This document shows, piece by piece, positions 59,010 through 64,000 of a DNA stretch of 64,000 nucleotides. The DNA is from Candidatus Omnitrophota bacterium (lineage in GTDB: Bacteria > Omnitrophota > Gorgyraeia > Gygaellales > Profunditerraquicolaceae), in assembly GCA_041653955.1 (NCBI GenBank), contig JBAZEH010000004.1:5191-69190 (forward strand), written 5' to 3'. Each line of letters opens with the position of its first letter. Position 1 is the first letter of the stretch. Position numbers and translations under genes: made by a program. The notes beneath the pieces were generated by a model. That model did no database searches and was not told the origin of the DNA. It worked only from the letters and a program-made list of their open reading frames with translations.

Positions 59010-59363
59010 ATGAGGAAGTTGTCGGCAGCACTGTTGGTAGCGGTCTTCTTATTTTCAGCAGTTTCTTTATTATGCGCGCAGGAGAAGACGCCGGATGAGA
59101 TAGTCGCTATAGCGGTTGAAGCGGTAAAAGGGCAGGGAGTAGAAGTTGAAGACGCCAAGATAATCTATGATGAGGGCGGCCAGCTCTGGAGCAGGGAAGT
59201 AGGGTATATGATAGAAGAGGATGCCTCCCCTAACCACGGGATCCTAAAGAGGGGTTTCCTGAAGAATTACAGGATAGTAATGTTTGATCTTGAAGAGCCG
59301 GCTACTGATATATGGGTATTCATTGATAAGGATACCGGAGACGTGCTTGAGATCTCCAGGTAA
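59010..59363 (+). CDS. secreted PepSY-like small protein
   Basis: Signal peptide; PepSY-like fold, guessed from size and pattern. Confidence 0.45.
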   Translation: MRKLSAALLVAVFLFSAVSLLCAQEKTPDEIVAIAVEAVKGQGVEVEDAKIIYDEGGQLWSREVGYMIEEDASPNHGILKRGFLKNYRIVMFDLEEPATDIWVFIDKDTGDVLEISR

Positions 59364-59375
59364 GCGAGAAAGAGT

Positions 59376-59412
59376 TAAAAGGGCCGGGTTCATTTATCCG
59401 GCCCTTTTAAAA
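59376..59412 (+). terminator. Rho-independent terminator
   Basis: aaagggccgg-gttcatttat-ccggcccttt followed by an A/T run. Confidence 0.7.
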
Positions 59413-59427
59413 TAAAAAAGGTTACTT

Positions 59428-59745
59428 ATGAAATTATTACCCGTCATCATATTTATCATAGTAATAGTCGTAGTATGGCTGGCCCGCAGCGTAAAGGCGG
59501 GGAAGGCGCAGATCCTCTCGGATGAAAGAAGGCAAAAAGAGCGCCTTGAGGCAGAAAAGAGGAAGAACCGCCTGGCAGAAAAAGATATGCTTGAGCAGAA
59601 GGAGTTAAGCAAACACCGCTCAGAGGTCTTTGAGGCAGAACGTAAGGCTTCGGAAGAGAGGAAAATCAGAGAAGACGAATTAAGGCGCAAGATAGCGGAA
59701 AGAAAGAAACACGCGCAGGAAGAGCAGAAGCAAAATGGACTATAA
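59428..59745 (+). CDS. single-TM protein with a highly charged (K/E/R) coiled-coil tail
   Basis: 105 aa; hydrophobic N-terminus then ERRQKERLEAEKRK... Confidence 0.5.
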   Translation: MKLLPVIIFIIVIVVVWLARSVKAGKAQILSDERRQKERLEAEKRKNRLAEKDMLEQKELSKHRSEVFEAERKASEERKIREDELRRKIAERKKHAQEEQKQNGL

Positions 59746-60112
59746 TATGGTTATACTGGTAAGGCTGCTGGGGGCAGCTATAGCGGCTTGTTCTATCATA
59801 TATCTGATAAACCCGGAGGCTATGAAAAAATATATGCTTTTCTGGATAACGGGGAGAATGATCTTCGCCGGGGCTATCCTGGCTATTTCAATAGGCATTA
59901 TCCTCCTGATTGCCGCCCCGCGATGCCGGCTTGCCTGGTTTGTGAACCTGATGGGTTTTCTGTCAATTATCAAGGGGCTCTATATTTTTACCTTCGGGCA
60001 AAAAAGCCTGACATCTATGCTGAACTGGTGGATATCAAAACCGGCGGCGGCACTGCGTATAGTCGCCATCCTGGAATTGGCGCTGGGCATACTGTTCATA
60101 TACTCCGCGTAA
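59735..60112 (+). CDS. small polytopic membrane protein, unknown
   Basis: 125 aa; three to four TM segments; overlaps the upstream gene. Confidence 0.5.
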   Translation: MDYNMVILVRLLGAAIAACSIIYLINPEAMKKYMLFWITGRMIFAGAILAISIGIILLIAAPRCRLAWFVNLMGFLSIIKGLYIFTFGQKSLTSMLNWWISKPAAALRIVAILELALGILFIYSA

Positions 60113-60131
60113 AAAATATGAGGGAGGGTTT

Positions 60132-60584
60132 ATGCTGATAAAAGATATAATGGCAAAGAATGTTATCACGGTTAACCCCGAAATGGATATCCACGAATTG
60201 GCAAAATTATTTATGTCTAAGAATATAAGCGGCGCTCCCGTAGTAGATAAAGGCGGAAAATTACTGGGGGTCGTGAAGGAAGAAGGGGTTATCTTCCAGG
60301 ATAAGAAAGTCCATCTTCCGACCTTTATCAATCTTTCTTTCGGTTTCCTCGCCTTGGGGACCAAAAGATATGATGAAGAGATCAAAAAGATCACGGCAAG
60401 CAAAGTATCAAGCATTATGGAAAAAGACACGCTTACCATTACCCCCGAAATGGATATAGAAGATGCCGCTACTTTAATGATAGAAAAAGATGTTTATTAC
60501 CTGCCCGTGCTGGATAACGATAAAGTAGCAGGCGTTATCACAAAAAAAGATATTGTCCGCGCCATCGCCAAAGGAAAAACCTGA
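60132..60584 (+). CDS. CBS-pair domain protein
   Basis: 150 aa; two CBS motifs. Confidence 0.8.
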   Translation: MLIKDIMAKNVITVNPEMDIHELAKLFMSKNISGAPVVDKGGKLLGVVKEEGVIFQDKKVHLPTFINLSFGFLALGTKRYDEEIKKITASKVSSIMEKDTLTITPEMDIEDAATLMIEKDVYYLPVLDNDKVAGVITKKDIVRAIAKGKT

Positions 60585-60626
60585 CCGCTTAGGGGTCTGT
60601 CCCTAAACAAACCTGCGGCATAAAAT

Positions 60627-62036
60627 ATGATTATTATATTTATTCTGATAAGTTTTGCGCTTGGTTACGCGATAGCGGCATGGTATCAGCCGAAAAAATC
60701 CCTATCTCCCAAAGTAGCGCCGCCGCAAGAAACCCCGGCCCCGCCCCCCGCCCCATCTTGTTTAGAGGATAAGATATGGTATGAATCAGAGCTGGATTTC
60801 CTGTTCAAATTCAATGAAAAACTTTCTTTAAATCTTACCTTTCAGGGCGTAGTGCAATGTATTACAGAAGCCGCGCACAATTTCCTGCCGATCGAGCGCG
60901 CCGCGCTCCTTGTATGGGATAAAAATTCACAAAATCTTACGCTTGCCTGCTCTGCCGGGTGGGACCGCGGCCGCGGCCAGGGGCCCCTGGTAGTGGGCCT
61001 GGACAGCATCTCCGGGCTTGTGATACGCAACAGGGATGTGCTGCTTGTGCCGGACCTGGCCCAGGAAGAATACCTGAATAAACTGAAAAAAGAAGATTTT
61101 TTACAGAAATCATTTATCAGCGCGCCGATTATATATAACGAAGAGGTTTTAGGCGTATTGCATGTCTGCGATAAGAAGACGCCGGGGCCTTTCACGCAAC
61201 GGGAGGTTTCGGTAGTGTTGAATATCGTCCGTATGGGCGCTATCGCTATGCAGAATGTGCGGCTCTACGAACAGGTCCGCAAAGAAGCGGAAGAATTAAA
61301 GATCGCTTACGATGAATTAAAAGAGATGCAGGATAAGCTGATCCAATCAGAGAAACTCAAAGCGATCGGCCATTTGGCAAGCGGGGTAGCCCACGATATG
61401 AGAAATCCCCTGGGGATCATAATGCAGGGGGTTGTTTATCTGGAGCAGATAATACCTCCGGGGGCAAAAGAGCCGCGCGAGACCTTATCCATGCTCAAGG
61501 ATAGCGTGGAAAGGGCGGACAAGATAGTTATCTCGCTTCTGGATTTCTCAAGGGCTACTAAGCTGGAATTACAACCGGAACAGATCGGCCCCATACTGGA
61601 GAACTCCTTGAATCTGGTAAAAAAAGAACTGAAGGATATAGAAGTAACCAGCGAGATCCAGGAACGCCTGCCGATGGTTTCGGCAGATAAAAATAAACTG
61701 ACCCAGGTATTCATTAACCTGTTCATAAACGCCTCCCACGCGATGCCCGCAGGAGGCAGGCTCTTTGTCCGCGGTTTCCTTAAAGAAGGCTGTTTTGAAG
61801 GTAAAGAGAAGGCCGTTGTTATTGAGATTGAGGACACGGGAACAGGGATCCCCGAAGAAAACCTCAAAGATATCTTCAACCCTTTTTTTACTACAAAGGG
61901 GCAGGGCAAAGGGACCGGCCTGGGATTATCTATAACCCAGACTATTATCAGTATGCACAAAGGGCTGATAGAGGTGAAAAGCCGGGTGAATAAAGGCGCT
62001 AAGTTTATAATTACTTTAAGGGCTCTTAACGATTAA
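60627..62036 (+). CDS. sensor histidine kinase (TM, GAF, HisKA, HATPase_c)
   Basis: H-box HLASGVAHDMRNPL; N, G1 and G2 boxes. Confidence 0.88.
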   Translation: MIIIFILISFALGYAIAAWYQPKKSLSPKVAPPQETPAPPPAPSCLEDKIWYESELDFLFKFNEKLSLNLTFQGVVQCITEAAHNFLPIERAALLVWDKNSQNLTLACSAGWDRGRGQGPLVVGLDSISGLVIRNRDVLLVPDLAQEEYLNKLKKEDFLQKSFISAPIIYNEEVLGVLHVCDKKTPGPFTQREVSVVLNIVRMGAIAMQNVRLYEQVRKEAEELKIAYDELKEMQDKLIQSEKLKAIGHLASGVAHDMRNPLGIIMQGVVYLEQIIPPGAKEPRETLSMLKDSVERADKIVISLLDFSRATKLELQPEQIGPILENSLNLVKKELKDIEVTSEIQERLPMVSADKNKLTQVFINLFINASHAMPAGGRLFVRGFLKEGCFEGKEKAVVIEIEDTGTGIPEENLKDIFNPFFTTKGQGKGTGLGLSITQTIISMHKGLIEVKSRVNKGAKFIITLRALND

Positions 62037-62079
62037 CGGCCGATTGGATCGGCGCGCGCTGTTGCGCTGGAGGGAGAGT

Positions 62080-62457
62080 ATGGAGAAAAAGAAAATACTG
62101 ATCATTGACGATGAGGAAAATTTTGCCAAGCTGGTTAAAAAGAACATAGAGCGGACAGGAGAATTTGAGGCATACACGGCAACAAACGGGGAGGATGGCC
62201 TGAAATTAGTCAGAGAGCTGAAGCCTGACCTGGTATTGCTTGATATGATAATGCCGGATATGGATGGCGCTGACGTTGCTACCCAAATAAGGGATGATGA
62301 AAGCATAAAGGATACCTCCATTGTATTCCTGACCGCGATGGTAAGGCCGGATGAGACCGACCCCCGGATGGGCTTTACCAAAGGGTATTCTCTTGTATCA
62401 AAGACTGTAACCGTAAAAGAACTTTTAGCGTGTATTAAAGAAAATATAAAATATTGA
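62080..62457 (+). CDS. single-domain response regulator (receiver only)
   Basis: ILIIDDE...LDMIMPDMDG with the phospho-acceptor Asp. Confidence 0.85.
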   Translation: MEKKKILIIDDEENFAKLVKKNIERTGEFEAYTATNGEDGLKLVRELKPDLVLLDMIMPDMDGADVATQIRDDESIKDTSIVFLTAMVRPDETDPRMGFTKGYSLVSKTVTVKELLACIKENIKY

Positions 62458-62465
62458 GGTGAACT

Positions 62466-62954
62466 ATGAAAAAACTTATCTTATTAGCGCTGTTCGTATG
62501 CCTTCTACCCGTATCTTCCTATGCTATATCAAACAGCGATTTTGCCGCGGCTAAAAGCCAATTATCCTCTGCCTCCGCCACACTAACAAGTAGCCTGCTC
62601 CAGATATCAGGGATGCAGCAAGACGAGCAGGAAGCCCTCCAGGAGATAATAAATGAACTGGAGAACGGGGTACTTGCAATTCAAAGGTTCCTTGAATTGT
62701 CCGCTCTGCACGGAGCAGGCGTATTATCCGCTTCATCGGAAGCAGTCGGGATACTTACAGAGGCATCGCTGGATGGTATTGACCTTCTAACCGGTATCCA
62801 GGAAGGGCTGCAGGCCCAATTAGGGATGCTCGTTGACGGAAAAGTAATAAATATCGTAGAAGAAAGTATAGCTGCTATTGAAAAAGCAATAAACGCACTT
62901 AAAACGTTTCAAAGCAGGCTTAGCGAATCAGAGGCAAAAAAATCCGGCGGATGA
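62466..62954 (+). CDS. secreted all-helical protein, unknown
   Basis: 162 aa; signal peptide; Ala/Leu/Glu/Gln-rich. Confidence 0.5.
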   Translation: MKKLILLALFVCLLPVSSYAISNSDFAAAKSQLSSASATLTSSLLQISGMQQDEQEALQEIINELENGVLAIQRFLELSALHGAGVLSASSEAVGILTEASLDGIDLLTGIQEGLQAQLGMLVDGKVINIVEESIAAIEKAINALKTFQSRLSESEAKKSGG

Positions 62955-63150
62955 TCTTGGCAGATCACCCGATGCAAGATAAGGAGGGTAAATTGATTGA
63001 ACGAATGATAAAACATAAATACTTTTTTCATATTGTAACGCTTTTAGCCATTTTAAGCTCAACTCTCTTATTCATCGTTTTCAGCGGCTCCTCAAATTAG
63101 CAAAAGGCATAATCCAACCGCCAAAATCCCTGCCAGGCCTGTTTTTTATT

Positions 63151-63202
63151 GACATCTTACGCGGCTATGTTATACTTGTTATGAACATCTGTTCATAACT
63201 AA
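63151..63202 (+). promoter_or_regulatory. sigma70 promoter (TTGACA, 16 nt, TATACT) followed by a perfect 10-2-10 palindrome GTTATGAACA-TC-TGTTCATAAC (putative operator)
   Basis: Read directly; the palindrome lies between the -10 element and the RBS of the DUF134 gene. Confidence 0.6.
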
Positions 63203-63215
63203 AGGAGATAGACCC

Positions 63216-63521
63216 TTGAGGCCTAAGAAGACAAGGTGGGTAAAGTGCGTGCCGGGGGAGCGGTGTTTCAAGCCCTTATGCAAGCCACTAAACAAATGCG
63301 AAGGGGTATACCTTACCCTTGATGAATTTGAGGCGGTGCGCCTTGCCTCCATAGAAGGCCTGAAACAGCATGATGCCGCGAAGCTGATGAAGATATCAAG
63401 GCCGACATTCTCGCGCATACTCACTTCCGCCCGGAAAAAGATAGCAGACGGCCTGGTAAATATCAAGGCGATACGCATTGAAGGCGGATGCTGCAAAATA
63501 GGGGGGAAGAGAAAAATATGA
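63216..63521 (+). CDS. DUF134 (UPF0251) predicted DNA-binding protein (TTG start)
   Basis: 101 aa; CxxxxC...C pattern plus HTH-like LSQREAAELMGISRPTFSR-type region. Confidence 0.7.
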   Translation: MRPKKTRWVKCVPGERCFKPLCKPLNKCEGVYLTLDEFEAVRLASIEGLKQHDAAKLMKISRPTFSRILTSARKKIADGLVNIKAIRIEGGCCKIGGKRKI

Positions 63522-64000
63522 AAGAATGGAAAAAGTTTCTTTTTGTGCTAACCGCCTTCCTGGCCTGCTTTTACCTGCCGATAGAAAAGCTCTCCTTTAG
63601 CGGCCCGGTATTTGAGGCGCTCGCGCTTGTCAAATGGTATGCCAGGGAGCATGTCATCTTATGCCTTGTCCCGGCGTTCTTTATCGCAGGCGCCATCTGC
63701 GTATTCGTAAGCCAGGCATCCGTAATGAAATACTTCGGCGCCAAGGCGAATAAATTCCTTTCATACAGCGTGGCTTCCGTCTCGGGTGCGATCCTTGCGG
63801 TCTGCTCCTGCACGGTCTTGCCGCTATTTTCCGGCATATATAAAAGAGGTGCCGGCTTGGGCCCTGCGACAGCCTTCCTTTATTCCGGGCCTGCCATAAA
63901 TATCCTGGCTATAATCCTTACCGCCCGCATACTCGGCTGGCAGCTTGGCGTAGCAAGGGTAGTGGGCGCGGTGCTTTTCAGCATAATCATCGGCCTGCTG
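63518..64000 (+). CDS. ArsP/DUF318-family permease, N-terminal part (runs off the window end)
   Basis: Polytopic membrane protein; AVCSCTVLPLF CxC motif; ATGA overlap with DUF134. Confidence 0.6.
   Translation, partial: MKEWKKFLFVLTAFLACFYLPIEKLSFSGPVFEALALVKWYAREHVILCLVPAFFIAGAICVFVSQASVMKYFGAKANKFLSYSVASVSGAILAVCSCTVLPLFSGIYKRGAGLGPATAFLYSGPAINILAIILTARILGWQLGVARVVGAVLFSIIIGLL

Overview
The window is a 64 kb, almost entirely plus-strand stretch (only exeA/gspB lie on the minus strand) from a bacterial chromosome at about 48% GC, probably an uncultivated lineage. It opens with the str/S10/spc/alpha ribosomal super-operon, running from the fusA 3' end through tuf, rpsJ and the ribosomal-protein genes to secY, adk, map, infA, rpmJ, rpsM/K/D, rpoA and rplQ. 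No L30 gene is present, S14 is the zinc-ribbon type, and L17 has a long KE-rich tail. Two unusual structured non-coding inserts sit inside this operon: a double hairpin between rpsJ and rplC, and three tandem copies of a roughly 44-nt hairpin repeat between rplV and rpsC. Downstream are an aminotransferase, LeuC-like and LeuD-like aconitase-family genes with a pilT ATPase wedged between them, NAD-IDH-like and mdh genes, then lpdA, lipB and a standalone lipoyl-domain protein. Next come a glycolipid/acyltransferase mini-operon and pcm, then a B12 locus (cobO, a small membrane protein, a cobalamin riboswitch with a terminator platform, a btuB-like TonB receptor and tonB). After rpsU, a Memo-family gene is coupled to a TIM-barrel isomerase gene, followed by aroQ, pepP, efp, accBC, Asp23/AmaP, and a pfkA-gmhA-hldE(domain II)-ThiE-N-like-thiC string. 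tRNA-Gly(CCC) follows thiC. After the tRNA, a degenerate-LytM lipoprotein gene overlaps a 533-aa PF01637-type ATPase gene. Then come nucleotide-hydrolase genes (YfcE, HIT, dgt, HD-GYP), cell-wall-binding proteins, aroB, a minus-strand exeA/gspB pair, a zinc-ribbon micro-ORF overlapping a PilZ gene, a chain of DUF genes with a radical-SAM enzyme and ArfB, a two-component system, and a DUF134 regulator with a perfect palindromic operator ahead of an ArsP-like permease. There are no CRISPR arrays, integrases or transposases. Most calls rest on reading translated ORFs for family motifs; exact starts are approximate where noted.
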